Of a DNA stretch of 64,000 bases, positions 24,001 to 39,000 are shown piece after piece; the stretch's first letter is position 1, and each line of letters begins with the position of its first letter. Below the pieces are notes generated by a model. It searched no databases. It was not told where the DNA came from and worked only from the letters and a program-made list of their open reading frames with translations. The translations under genes were made by a program, and so were the position numbers. Source of the DNA: an uncultured bacterium (lineage in GTDB: Bacteria > Omnitrophota > Omnitrophia > Omnitrophales > Aquincolibacteriaceae); contig CAYSSX010000007.1 in the NCBI GenBank assembly GCA_964434115.1, forward strand, positions 82,734 through 146,733, written 5' to 3'.

Positions 24001-27000
24001 TGTGCGGGGATCCAATCAAGAGTCTCTTGTGACGACGAATGAGTCGGATCCCGTGACCTATGAAACGACCGGTGCCAACACGGCAGAAATCTGTATTGCC
24101 GGGACATGCACAACCTATTCGATTGTTGAAATCATGAACCGTACCTTTATGGTTGTTCCCGCCGTGGCGGCCGGTGATCCTGAGACCATCAGCGGCATTG
24201 AGATCACAATCGGCAAGGTGGTGCAGCCGAATTTTAACGCGGATGCCGCGGAACTCATGACCTCTATCCTGCGCAACATCACCAACTCGGGAGGCAATGA
24301 CCTTGAACGCGACTTGAGCATTGAACAGCTTGCCGGGGTCCGCGCCGCCTATCTCGAATCGAACAAGCAGCTCGCTGCAGTTGAAGAAGAATACAAGGCC
24401 GCCGCGCTCCGCTATCAGGCTGCCATGGATATGTGGAAACTTTACGAACGCAAATCCAATGCCGCGCCCGAATTTGCGAATGACAAGGAACGGGAACTTT
24501 GGGACGCCCTGCAGACAACAGAACTGCGCGACAGCGCCTTGCTCCAGCAGATTTATGGAACGAACAAGAACCCAATCACGGGCGAGGTTTTGACAGAGGA
24601 CCTCCGCTTTGGTGCCTTTGAATACCTGCAGCGGACAAAGGCTGAATACCTGAAGGCCAAGGAACAGCGCGACCTCATGAATCAAGAGCGCGATGCCCTT
24701 CTGCGTGTAATCCGCGCTAAGGTGAAAGAGTATCAGGAAGCTGAAAAACGGGTAAAGGAAGTTCAGGAACTGGAAAAGAATGTGACTTCCTTGATTGAAC
24801 GCATCCGTCTGTGGATCGGCAATGACGATGATTTGGCCAGCTATAACCCTGATTATACCGGTCAGCAGGCCGAAAACTTCCTGACGCATCCCAAGGACCT
24901 GATGGCGATCGACGCCCGTAACGATGCGTCCAATGAATTCCAGGGCTGGATCCAGCAGGAAGCCTTCCGCATCATGCGCCTGATTTGGCCGGAAAGCACC
25001 ACTGATGATCCGCGTTTCGGAATGCTCAGCGCGACGTTTGTGCCGCAGATGCTGCCGGATCAAAATGGCCGTTTCGACCCGAACCGTTTAAGCACGCAGT
25101 ACCAATTTGGAACCGGTATTGGCAAACAGTTTGATTTTGCCCAGGACAGCTTCTGGGAATCGGACAGCTGCAATGCCGGACAGACCATGTGCGTCTACAA
25201 CGCCAATGCGATTCCGTTGATTGCGCCGCAGCCACCGGCGAGCGGCACGGCTTCCTGTACGCCGTGTCAGGGCGCGAATGGGCCTTTCCATGCGGGCTTT
25301 GGGAATCCGGGGGGGCCGCCTCTGACCTATTCACCGAGCATGAAGGGCAATGAATTCCGCCTTGACCGCGTGCCGACCGGTAAACTGGAGCCGAGAATGT
25401 TTGAAATCGGTGTCCGCCCCAACAGCCAGGACATTACGGAAACCCAGCAGCTTTACAAACAGTACCTTGACCTTCTGATTTCAAGCAGCCTCTATTTTGC
25501 CCGCGGCGCCCGCGATGATGTTTCCTTCACAAGCGCCTTGACGATTCTTGAAGGACAAATCCGCGCCCTGGAAGGGTCGATGACCCTTGCTCCGGGATCC
25601 AACCTCAAGGAGTACGGCGTGGGCGTGATGGATTTCGGCGAAGAGGCGCTGGAAAACGGCGGGGAAATTGAATTTACTGTTGATGGTTTGGATGCCAGCG
25701 GTAATTCTTTCTTTGGCGACATCAACCTCTCGGGAGACAAGGACAACAGCGGGACGATTGATGCCTGGTACCGTGACAAGCTGAACCAGGATAAGACCAT
25801 GGCCAAGGTGATCAAGGGCGCGGAAGCTCCGGAAATCGACGGTAACGATGATGTGAAAATCAAGGTGGAATGGACCGGGCTCCGCGAAGCCGTGAGAAAT
25901 GACGGGAATGCCAGCGACACGGGCACAGACCGCACATCGCAGAATACGGTTCAACTTGCGGATCAATATTACCTCAAAGAAATTGAGTGGATTGATGTTG
26001 CCCAGCGGGTCCTTGAAGACGGGACCGTTGTTTCCGATCCCCCCAGAATCCGCAGGAATGTCTATCTTCCGTTCCCGGAAATGCTGAAGAAATTTGAGGC
26101 CGCGCTTTCCGGTCCTGATACGGAAGCTTTAAATTCGTTCAAAAAACTTTTGGCTGATTACGACCTCTTTATCAAGGCGCAAAAAGACATCCAGAAATTT
26201 ATTGGCGAGATGAGCCACGACGATGATGAGCAAGACGCGCAAAATCTGAGAGAGAATTTCGAGAAGGCCTTGAAGGGGGATGACCCCGCGGCCGTTGCCT
26301 GGCTCAAAGAACAAGGCTACACCGTTCCTTCCGGCGGGTTTGTGAACCTGATCAACAAGATCCGTGACGCGATTACGGATTTGAATGCGAAACTTGCTAA
26401 ATCCAACACGGTGATTGAAAATTACTATCCGCCGCTCAAAATCGAAGCCGGAAAACCGCTGGATATTGATTTCCTGACCGGCCGCCGGGACCCCTATTAC
26501 GACCCGAACGCGAACAGCGACAAAACGAACCTCGCGGACGTTCAGGCTATTTCTGATTTTATGAAAAACTATGCCACGAGTTCGTCTCTTCAGAACCTTT
26601 TCAGCCGGCAGTATATTGATCCGAAATCGCACAAGTACTCTTTCTACCTTGATGTGGACACGCTTCCGGGCGCAGACCCCGCGAGCACACAGCGCTCTGT
26701 CCGCCTTCGCCGGGTTGGGGGACTGGTTCAGCAGGCCGAGGAAATGCTGAAAGGCAAGCAGACCGACACCGACAAGGAGTTCATCATTGATGATAAGGAC
26801 TCCGAGCATTATAAAGTTTTCCGCGACACCACAAGACCCGTGAGCCTTGGTCTTATTGATTACCGGGATAATCTAGGTAAAGAGGTGGATGCGCTTTTAG
26901 AAAAGTTCCGCAACAATTTCGGGACCCATGATACCCAAGATCCCGCCAACACGGATCCGCTGCTTTCCTTCTGCGGCGCCAACAAAGACCAGTCATGCCT

Positions 27001-30000
27001 GCTTATTACGAACTTCGTCCAGCAGTCTTCTTTTGAACGCGTGAGTATGACTCTGGACGAAGACAGAGAAGCCTTCTTCAGTGCCCTTGATCTTGAAGCC
27101 AAGGCCCGCCAGCAGCTCGACCGCGTCCGGGTAGACTTTGAGTCCATTCAGAAAAAATACGAAGAAACGCTGGATTTCCGCAATCAGACCTTTAACACTT
27201 TTGTGCAGAGCGCTGCGCTGCAGTACCAGGACAAAGCGAAAGAAGATCTTCGCCGTGAGTGGGAGAAAAAAGAGACTCGCGCCCGTGAGCTTGAACAGCT
27301 GGTGGAAGAGCTTCGCAACCAGCCCGATGCTCCGGATCTTTCTTCTGCGATTACTAACGCAGCCGCGGCCCGTGCCCTGGCCAATCTGGCCCAAGCCAAT
27401 TTTATGGCCTATTTGTCGGCCCGGCATACTCAGACCGATCGTTTTGAGGATCTTGTTTATGATCCGGCGAAGGAAGATTTCGAAGCCTCTCAGGCACTTT
27501 ACAGCCGTATCGAAAAGGCCTACCTGGAAGGACGCGGCGCGATTGAAAAGATGCGCGGTGTGCTGGCGGACACGGAAGTGAAAAAAGTGGAATTCCGTTC
27601 AGGTTTTCAGCTTGCCCAGTACATGATTGAAAACCGCAAGGAAGAAGAACGCACCTTGAAATGGGCGAGCCGTCTGGCGGAACGCGCGGCATCATTTGCC
27701 CGCGAAACCGTAGTGCCCCGCACCATGGCCGTCGAAACGGAGTTTGCCAGAATTACTAAGGCGTTGGATGCCGTGACGCGCCAGATTGAAGACCGCGCCA
27801 AAGGCAAGGCCATTGAAACAACCGATCAGAAAGAGGCCCTTGGTGACATCGACCGTGCGGAGAAACGAACGGATCAAATCCGCGAGGAATTGACAACCGC
27901 TTTTGATGAGTTCCTGTATTGGCTGGGCGGAAACAGCCAATTTAAGACCACTCTCCGTTTTGACCCCTGCGTGGCGCCGGCTTGCAATCCTGCTGCCTGG
28001 GAGCTTACGATTCAAATGCCGGGCTTGATCGATTCCTGGCGCGATGCGAACGGCAATGTGATTCTGGACAATACAAAAGTGAATAAGTACGGCCGCCATC
28101 CGGACATGGACGGCGACGGAAAATTTGACGAACTTCTAGAAATCAAAGTCGTCTTTGAGCCTGAGCTTGGCCTGTTTTGTTTAGAAAAGGCCTGTCAGGC
28201 GGGCGGCGCAGGCGGCCAGCTTATGCTTGACGGCGGCAGGGTTGACTTTGAAGGCCAGTTCTATGAAGTCAATTTTACGGGTGACCCCAAGAACGGCGGA
28301 ACGCTCACGCTGACTGCGCCTCAGGATGATCAAAAGGCGGGTGTTTTTGATGTCGGCGACATGGCGAAGGAAGACTACTTCAGCCTTGAAATCCGCAAGG
28401 TGGGTCTGGTCCGTGAAATCGGACTTCTTGTTGAAGAAATGCGCGCCCGGGACGAAGAGCTGACTTATCAGTACACCAAGCTCCTTACGCTGGAAGACCG
28501 CTACAAAGACGCGTTAAATGATCCTGCCTTTGGCGCCCCCGCGGAACGGAAAAATCATCCGGAAGCCGTCCGACGCTATGAACAATGGCGTGTTCAGCGC
28601 GACCTTGTTTCGCGTTTGACGATTGAACGTTTCGGCGTCATTGAAGTGCAGTGGGATGTGGCAGACCGCTCTAAACCGAAACTGCAGACCAATACGCTGT
28701 TCGCGGCAGGGGCCAACAAGTACCTGCCTTGGGACATCAAGACGGGCATTCCCAAACCCGCGGGCTATCCGGACATTGACGCCCGCAATCCGGGTGGGAC
28801 ATTTGACTGCACAAAAGATCCCTGGAAAGGCCAGTGCCATGATCCTGCGAGCGACAACATCGTCAAGAGCGTTGAGTTCCGCCTGCTTGCCAGCTTTGCC
28901 AAATTGAAATCGGTTGATAATCCGGACACCGCTGACGTGGACGGCCTTCTTAAGACGGCCAAAGACAAATACAACGAAGCCCTTGTGCGGGCCGGAACGT
29001 TTGCCGCCAGTGCCGGGGCGGGATCCATCCGTGATAAGTATTTGAAGGAATTGAAGGGTGTTGTGGATACCACCGCACTCACGGACCCGACGGTATACCA
29101 CCCGATTTGGGGCACCACGCGCGATGAAAGCAGCTGGGCCATGGCCAATGCCCGTTACATGGGTTACACCGGGCCTTATGATTTTGACCTGAAGGAAAAC
29201 CGCCTTGTCCAGCTGTGCCCGATGTTCACACTCCCGACATCCGATGACTGCGTCATGATGGATGACGATGGCAAGCCCATGATGGATGCTGAAGGTAATT
29301 ACAAACGCCGTCCCATTGAACAGTTCACGGGTCCCGGCACAGGTGAAGCCTTCCGTGAAATCCAGTGGCTGGCGTATTACCAGAAGGAAGCGGACATGAA
29401 GGACCTCGAGATCCGCAAGAGCTATCTGCGCCAGACAATTGAAGCCCTGGATAAACAGATCAATGAAATGACGGTGGCTAAACTGACTATGGAACAGGAA
29501 CTCCAGGGCCTGACCACCTCGCGCCAAAGCCTTACGGGCGCTGACAAGACACCGGGACAGGCCATTAACTTTTATTTTGATCCGGACTCCTATCCCATGA
29601 CGGGTTCTTCGGGCGCCGCGCTTGATCCTTTTGCTGCGGGTGAGATGACGCCGTATTTCTATGACCCGGCCAATGCCGAAAAATACATTAAAGCTGAAAC
29701 GAATTCCCGCGCCTTGATGCTGATGCGCCTTATTAAGCCGAAGACCAATAATAATGTCACGGTCAATGGGGAAGTGGTCACGACTGAAGAAGGTATCGTG
29801 ACGCAGGCGTTGAAAGACCTGATGGCACAGCGTAAGCAGTTTGAAGAAATGTATTCCCAGATGTTCCTTGGCTGGAACCAGCAGCCTGAGGACCCGGCCA
29901 AGCTTGAGCCAGGCGCGCCTACAGGGGAAGCGATTCAGGAAAACTGGCAGGATCATCAGGCGGCCTGGACAGGCAACTGGAGCCAGGTTCCGCCCAAGAC

Positions 30001-33000
30001 CTATGACGGGAAGGATATTGAAGCCGAGGCGCGCAGCCGTGCCTTGGATGCCGCGCGCGAGAACGCCCGCAAGGCCCAGTACATCCGGGCCGAAGACAAA
30101 GCGACCTCCGCCAATCTTGAGCAGCAGGCGTCAGCGAAAAATCTTGATGCCCGCCGCACGGAAGCTCGTGTTGAAATTGAACAGGATATCCTGGCTGGGC
30201 TTCAGAAAGATGCAGACCAGTATCGCACGCTCCAGAAAAACCTTGAAACCACCCGTGACAAGATCACCGACGAACTCAAGCTGATAGATTTGCAGCTGCT
30301 TTTCTACCGGGAACGCGACGCGGAAATTAGAAACCTCTATAACCCGAATTACGATTTCAGCAACCCTGTTTTCAACAAGGACCCGAACTTGAACACAGCC
30401 GCGGGCGTGAAGCAGGAAGAAAAGAACTCGGTCATCAGCCGCCTTGGTTTTGATCCGTTTGAAACAGACGGCGCCGGTGCCGCGGGTTATTCCAAGGAGC
30501 GCAAGGATTTAATGACCGAATTCTGCGGTTCCGCGGACGGGCTCAACTGTCTGCTCTTTGATGCCATTAAGACCGGCGGCGGCAGAATGAAAGACATTTA
30601 CGATAAACTTGAAGCCCTGAGAGTGAAACCTGACGGCTCAAGAACCGATGAAGCCACTTACGCCAAGTTCCTCAAGGCCAAGCAGAATCTGGATGCCTTC
30701 CTGAAATTCGTCAAGGATGATTCGGGGGTGGCTCTGTTGACCGAGCAGGCCGTCGCAAGTGCGGACCAGGAGCTTGACGGACGCTCTCTGAAGTGGTTCA
30801 AGCCGGATGCCGCAGGCGCAGACAAGTGGGATTTCCCCGCGGAAGCCAGATATGAATTGGCCAAATTTCTTGTGGATTATCAGAACTGGTATATGCAGGA
30901 ACTTGCCAGCAAAGGCCTTCAGGGGTCTGCGGAATATGCCCAGGCCGAGTTGCAGCGCTCGTCCCTGATTTTTGACCGCTCCAGTGCCAAGACAGAAGTC
31001 GACAATCTTAAGGCGCAGCTTGAACAGCTCAGGGCCGAAACCGCCTCTTACAAAGCGGAACTTTTAAACCTGCACAACCCGTCGTTCTCGCTCAAGACCA
31101 ATTACGCCAACATTGAGGCCAAGACGCCTCCCCGCGGTAAGATTGACGAGCTGGAGTATCAGCGTCTGCGTCTGAGCAGCAGCTATGACAGCAACCAGGT
31201 AACGGTTCCGGCTGGGGACCAGATGACGGTTTCCAAGCGTAAGTGGATTTTATACATGGTCCAGGAAATGAAAAACCGGGTGGCGATATTGGATAACCCG
31301 TCCAACCTGCTGGATGCTCCGGCTGTAGGCCCGGCACAGCCGAACATGGTTGACCCCACAGACCCCGATTCAGGACTCCTTGGACTTTTGATCGAGCCGC
31401 CCGGCGGAACACTGATGGTTCCCAGGGGTAAGATCCAAAGGCAGCAATATTTAATTGATGCGGATTCCGATATTGGCGGCGGCAAGAGAGTTAAGGGTGT
31501 CCGCCGGCAATACTCCGACGCGGTGAGCGCGGCTGAAGAGCGCGGTTTTACGGCCATGGTGCTTGAAGGCCGGATATTCCGCCGCGGCGCGACGCAGGAA
31601 CTTCTGGCGCAGGCCGGAAAAGCCCGCAAATTTTATACCCGTGCGGCCCGTGAAGGCGACCGGCTGAAGAGTGTTGTTAAAGAAGCGAATTTACATTCTT
31701 CCCGCCTGATTCTTTCAGCGACGAATACGAACGGGCTTTTGTCCACGGCGGCCTCAGGACTCCGCCAGGCTTTCGCTTTCCGCAATATTGGAGGCGTCAA
31801 TGCAGAAACTCTGCGCCGGCAGTTCAACACGCTCAGCACTCCGGAAATGAATATTGAGTACCTGTTTGACCGCTCGAAAGGTTTCAGCTCGGCGGCCAAT
31901 GTTCTCGCCGGGCTTCTGGCCGACCCGACCGTTGTCAGTAATTCGAATGTCGCGAAACTCATTGCGGACTTGATCCGCTTCGCCGGTCTCCAGACTTCTC
32001 AGGCGGGTATTTTCCTCCAGAACCTGATTCACCTGGAAGGATCCGTCAACCTCTCCGGCGCTCTTCTGGACGCGATCAGCCTCCGCTTTGATCCGAACTT
32101 CCTGAATTTTGTGGAAATCCAGACCCAGTACTTCCAGGCCACTCAGGACACAGCGTCCGCCGAGGCCGCTTACCGCGATTCCCGTGAGCGTTTGATCGCC
32201 CAGATTCGCGATCTTAAACTCCGCCAGGACGATCTGGACCGTCTGCGCAAGCAGTACAAACTGGATTATGACCAGACGCTGAGAGATAAAGCCACGATAC
32301 AAGCCGAAGTTAGCGAGATTATGGCCACGCAGACCAGCTTGGCGGCTGATGCGGCTGGGGCCTTGGCTTTGATTCCGGGGCTTCGTGCCGCGGTGAGCCT
32401 GGCAGAAAGAAATTACGAGCGCGATCTTGGTACTTTCCAGGATGCTCGCCGCCAGTTTGAACTCAATCCGACGGCCCCCAGAGCCGTGGCTGTTAACAAT
32501 GCGTGGAATGCCTTGCTTGTGACTTCCGCGGCGCTCGAAACGGCCCGGCGTAACCTGAACAACGGCGAAGCGAATTACCGTGAAATTCAAAACAAACTGA
32601 ATTTCCTTGTGAGTGATAACTCCCTGCTTGACGCGCGTGCGCGCCTTGCCCAGGCCGACGCGAATATCGCCCGGGCCAAGGAAATTTACGATGCGACCCT
32701 GCTGGATTACGAGCGCGCCAAAGAAATGGCCCGCGGCGCAGACGACATTCTGGCCCAGTATGAGTTGGAAGTTAAGAACGGTCCTCCTGCGGGCCAGACA
32801 TGGCAGCAATGGCGCGATGTTCTTGATGATCTTCTCGATAATGCATACTACGATGCCGACCGCATTCAGGTAGGTAAGGATACGAACGGGAACCCCATTT
32901 ACGCGAAGTCGCAGCGGGCCCTTCTTCGCGACCAGTTCCTTGAACTGAAGAAAAACCTGAAAACCAAGACCGAAAAGGAAAGTAACCTGCGCACTCTTTA

Positions 33001-36000
33001 TGACACGCAGAAGGGCTGGGGGACCGGCGCCGCTGCCCAGTTAACACCCATGGGCGTGATCGCGCATCTCAACGATATCGCCTCAGACACGGTCCTGTTC
33101 TATGACGGCCTTGAGAAGTTTAATTACCTGGACAGTGAATCCCAGAAACACGGCCTGATGCTCAATGAACTAGATGCCGCGATCAAAAGCACGCCGGAAG
33201 GGGACTTGAAGCGTCTCTATCAGAATGAGATCCAGAACATCTGGAACCGCCTGCAGTCCGCGGAACGCGAGATGAAGACTTATATTAATCCGTATCCGCA
33301 GCCGGCGAATGCCGCTGAAATCAAGAAATGGGAGGATGCGGGAGGCCCCGGTCTTCTTCAGCTGATCATGGATCGTGTCATCCGTGTTACGGCAGGTACT
33401 CCGGATGGAACCACGCTCTGGGAATTCGATAAAGACCCCATGGGCAAATCCCTGCTGACAACCATCCGGGAACAGAACTCATCTCTCTATGACCGGATTT
33501 CAAAATCACGCAGTTATGACCGCACGGCCAAGGAGCCGATTGAAGACAACTTCAAGATTATTGACGACACCATTCTCCGCTCGACGGCGATTTATAACCG
33601 CCTGAAGAGTTCCTTCAATATGGGAACGTCGCGGCTGGTTCTGAAAGGCGTGGGGCAGCTCACCTCGAACGCGCAGGCCATGGCGGCCACGTTTAAACCC
33701 AGCGCCCTTTCAGCGCACAATCCTTTCCCCGTGACCGTTGATGACTATGCGTCGGCTGAAGGCGTGTATGAGTGGGCCCAGGCTCAGATCAGCCTGCTTG
33801 ACAGCCAGAATTCATTCGAGGAAGCCAAAACCATCGTCGAAGCCATTGTGAGCGCCCGCGAATACGGCATCATGCGTGCCGGCGCGGCCAAAGACAAGCT
33901 TGAAGCATCGCACAACGACATCATTAAAAATCTTCTTCCCAACACAACGGACGAACGGGAAAAAGAACTCTTGAGAACCATGGCCGCGCGCATTTATGAA
34001 CAGATCCAGCGCATGAATGATGTGCTCGAATTTTTTGAAATGTTTACGCGCGAAAGCCTGGGCGGCTGGATTTACAATGGGTACCTCGAGTACACCAAAA
34101 TCCGCACCCAGAGCCGCACGGTGACGGAGCTCCGCAGCCAGCTGACCGCCTCGTCAGCAAGCAATGACATCCGCGGCGACAAATTTATCGCCAACCGTGC
34201 CATGGATATCCAGAACAAGATGAACAATTCTGCGGCGAAGCTGACTGCGATCAAGGGGCAATACGATGCTGCGAAGGCGCAGAACGAAACCATCAAGATG
34301 AACATCTTCGACCTCATGAACGTATCGTCCAAGAATGTGATGGAAAAAGTTTCAACCCAAGGCGGCTTTACCCGGTACTTCCTTGATTACGCTTCCCAGT
34401 TTGGACAGAAGACGCCCGGAAGCCTGTCTTATTCGGAAACGTACAAACTCGTACCGACCGAAGGGGTCTGGGCTCCGAAGCTGACGTCTCAGACGGACTT
34501 TTTGGAATCCGCCCAAGGGCCCAAAGTCGGAAAAATTGTCCGTTTCGATGATCAGGGACAAGTGGCTGACAGTTCCTATTATTGGTACGACCCGAAAACC
34601 AAGTCCTTGCATCATGTGGACATGATGCCTAGCGGCGGTTTCAAAATCACGGGCCGTATTTATTACCAGGACCCGTCGGATCCTGCGGCGACGATCCCGT
34701 CACCCAGAGAAGTGCGCACGGATAAATTCGGCCAGGGCATTCCGGCCGTCCCGTACAACTGGTCCTCTCCGGAAGTCCCGGGAGGCAGCCAGCTGGCCAA
34801 CACCACTTACAATTTTTACAAATTCGACGGGACCATGTCCCAAACGCAGAAGTTTGAGTTCCAGGAAGTGGAGTCAACGAGCGGGACCAAACGTCTTTCC
34901 CTTCTGACGGATACGCGTTACCGGGGTACTCTGAATTACGAAAAACCGGGATTGGTCCGTTCTTATCGCACGCTTGAGTACGATGGCAAGCCCTCTTCAG
35001 GCAAGGCGGTGGTTCTGCCAGGCGATGCCGGGGCCGTGGACGCGGGCTTTAAGGATGAAGGCGCGCTGCACATTGAACAGCGTTTCTACAATACAGCACC
35101 CCTCGTCAAGGCTGATCCGTTCGGCGTAAATCCTCTTCAGGATCCTTTTTGGGCTTTCTTTGATCCCGCGACACCCGCGAGTTCGATTTATCCGGACTTT
35201 GACGGCGACGAAGGCGCAGGGGACGCTCCGGACCTCGACGTTAGCGGCCAAATTGAATATTTCAGCGACGGCCTGATCCAAAAAACGATTACGATTCACC
35301 AGGATGATGAAAGAAGTGAAGTTCCGGCGGCTTCTATCACCATGAAGAAACGCAGCAATGATCCCGTTGGAGGACCGCCCCTCGCAGAAGAATTCGGCGT
35401 GGAAAAAGTCGCGTTCTTTTTCTATGACACTGACAGCACGCTTCTCAAACAGGTTGTTCTCCGGGGCGGAACCGCGACCTACAAACAGGTTGTGGAATGG
35501 ATTAACGGGCTTGGCGGAGCCGGGATATTTGATTTCCAGAAATTTTTTGACGCGGGTTTTGACGTTGAGCTTATTAACGCCTATGAAGGCGCCAAGGGTA
35601 CGGAGAAAGTCCGCCAGAGCTGGCAGTTTGGAAAACGCAAGACGCAGACCCTGAGCGCTCCGGCCGCGGCACTTGCCGGGGATGACGCTCTGGTTTCCGG
35701 CAAGGCGGGGACTGAAAATGAAATCCTCAGCCGCCTCGGCGCGGATATCCAGCGCATGGTACAGGAAAACTTTGTACTTCAGTCCTTTACCAACAGCTTC
35801 TACGGCGCGGACGGAAATCTTGACTATACGATTACACAGCGTTACCCGGAACACGGCGTCCGTGTCTCTCAGACGGTACGTACCGAATTTGAAGATTACG
35901 GCGGGACGCCGCGCATCAAGACCGTGACGGAAGATGACGGCGTCACGCATTACTATTCTTATGTTTTGGATTCGGAAACGGTCCAGTTCCAGCGCGAAAA

Positions 36001-39000
36001 GGACACGGATCCCTTCCCGCCATTCCACTTCACGCTTCCCGGGAACCGCCAGATTCCGTTACTTTGCACGCCTGCGGCAGGTGATACCTGTACCTTTGCG
36101 CAGACCTGTCCCGCGGCGGGCTGCCCTGGAGGCGCAGCGCCTCTTGCCGGAACCCTCGAGAACGGCAAGCGCGTTTTGATCGGCGGCCAGTGGTACCGCG
36201 TGACTTACTCGCTTAAAGGCAATACCGGAATGATGACCATTACGGGAGATGACGTCCTCACCGTTGCGCGCACCAGCAACGAGTACATCAATCCGCAGCT
36301 TTCCATTCAAAGCGGATTTACGACCGAGGTGAACTTGAGCCGGTCTTCCCAGTCTTACACGGCGATTGACTTCTCAAGATCAGGGGCAACGGCAGTGGGC
36401 TCTGTGTCGGGCGGTGGTGTTGTGAACACGGGTGCCAGTGCGGCGGCCAGCGGTTTGGTTCTGTCTCCGGACTCCCTCAGGGGAGGCGCCGCCTGGGCGA
36501 TTCCTCAAGGTATGAGCTGTACCTCCGGGGATGGCGGCGTTGAGTGTACGAAGGCTTTTGCGGCGGGAAGCTCCTTTAATGTCGCGGTTCCGCATGCGCC
36601 GGCTTCTGTTTTTGATGTGAACTGGAATGCCGCAAGCGGCGCTTACGAAATGAGCGGCCCTGGAATGGCCTCCGCGGTGACACTGACAAACGGAGCCACC
36701 GTGAATATTGGAGGAAACACTTATGTGGCCCAGCTCAAACTAAACGGCCCAACCAGTCAGCTGGCCTTAGATTTCTATACCTGGCCGCTGCCGAAGGCTT
36801 TTGACTACGGGATTGTCCAGCCTTCGGAAACCTCCGGTTCTTCTGTGACCTTCAACTGGGGCAATCCTTTCACGCTCAATGGACTTAATGCGACCTACAA
36901 TGGAACAGACTATCTCTTGACCGATCCTGCGACTTCGCTCACCTATGTACTCGCAGATCACTCTACGCTTTATGCAAATGGCAAATTCTACAACCTGCGC
37001 CTCGTGAACAATGGGGCTCAAAGCAGGATGGAACTGCTGGATGTTGTCTATTCTTCCGACTTCTTTACAGGCTCGAATTCCAGTACGCCGGTCACAACTT
37101 CCCGACTGGATGTGATCAGCATCGGAAGCCTTGATCCGGCCAATGGCCTGCAGGTTCCCGTTACGGTGCCTGGCCAGAAAGTTCAGGATGGTGCTCAACT
37201 GGTCATCCTCCTTCGCTATAACAAAGCCAACGGCCACTTCATGTATTACCCGAAATGGACGCCGACAAATCCTGATTTGTCGGATGCCGTGGACTTCCTC
37301 AGCGCAGCTGACCTGAGCGGCGGCGAAGCTACGGTTGAAATCAACGGGCAGGAGTACCTGATTTTCGGGGATGGTCTCGGCTACTCAATCGCCTCAAAAA
37401 CCGGTTTTTACTTTGAAGTCCCTGACCAGTACGCCAAGCAGGAAAGTGAAGAGTACGTCTACCTGCATACCTATCAGAAAGAAGGCCCGGGCCAGCCGAA
37501 CATCAAGCTGGACCTCTCCGAAGTCCTGCCGGAACACAAGAGTTTCTATTTCAATATTCCCGGCACAGCGATGTGGATGGAAAATGAGGACGAAACTTCT
37601 CTCAGCGCGGCCGGAACGTCCGGTCAGGACATTGTGATGCGTCTTCCGGGATATAGCGATTCCGTGACCTTCAAGTGGAATGCGGCACTGCAGCATTATG
37701 AGTTTGACGGAGGCATTCCCAACTTTACACCGTGGGTCATTAGCGAGGGCGGCGAATTCATTTCCCACGGCCGCACTTATAAGGTGGACGCCTTTTCAAT
37801 CGCCGGCAATCAGGTGAACCTGACGGTGAGCACTTCGCCGGAAGCGACTTTGATGGCGCTGGGCGTCTGGAATGACGCCAAGGGGCTTTATGAGATCGAC
37901 TATAGCTGGCCGCTTGCGGGCGCGATAACGGAGTTGAAACAAGGCAGCGGTTTTGGAAACACTCAGCTTTATACCGGAAGCACCACCTATCCTGATCCGG
38001 GTGCGGCCCCCACGCCCTCCGACAAAGTGCGCCGCGGTTTTGAAATCGTCAATTTCATCCGCAATGGGTCGGTGGAAAGCGGGGCCGAAGACATCAACGG
38101 TATTATTCCCGCCAATAAAATTCAGTGGAACCCGGCCCTCAAAGCGTTTGTTTACAAACAGAATGGCACGGCTCCGCGCCAGATTTTTGCCGGAAAAGAT
38201 GCGGTTTTTGCCGGCAATTCCGCCACACAACTCGTGGTGGGGGACATCAAATATGCCATCATTTCGTCGAAATCAGACCCTGTTTATGAGGACACCTTGA
38301 CGGTGCCTGCAGGTACGAGCTTCTCGATAACGCCGAAGCATGTTAACACCCAGCCCAGACGCGATTCCGTGGGCAACGTTATAGACGGCCTGGCAGAGGG
38401 AGATTGGCATTATGACTTTAGCTATGACGCTGCCAATGAGCGTTACGTCATAGCGGAATACCGCCGCTCCCAGTGGGACTGTGAGCAGGGAAATGTTGAT
38501 TGCAGCCAGCCGCCAGTCCCCACGGTTATAGGCTCTACGGTTTCAGCCAATGGCGGTGAAGTGGAAGTCAAGATGGGCGGCTATCCTTACAGGGTCAAAA
38601 TTTCCCTGGATGGCAGTAACAATGTCATTGTCCGGTATTCGCAGATTGCCCCCGGCAATACCGTTGTGCTGAAGCGCGAATCCGATAAGCGTATGGCTTA
38701 TGCGGTGTTTGACCCGCGTTTTTCGGATCCGGTAACGGGCAAAAAGGGCGCGTACTTCTATGTCGATGGCCAAGGCGCGAGGACACGGCTTGAAAACGGC
38801 AAGATTGTGGAAATCAAGGACCCGAATCAGTACGAAAAAGAGGTCAAATTCCAGTGGGGCAAATCCGTATCAATCGCAATTCCTCACAATCTTAAGTCCA
38901 AGGCCACTGCCAATGTTAATGGGGACGGTTCGGGTTACACGATTACGGACCCCGCCACGCGAACGGTCTACAAAGTTCCGGGTCCCGTCATGCTGGATGG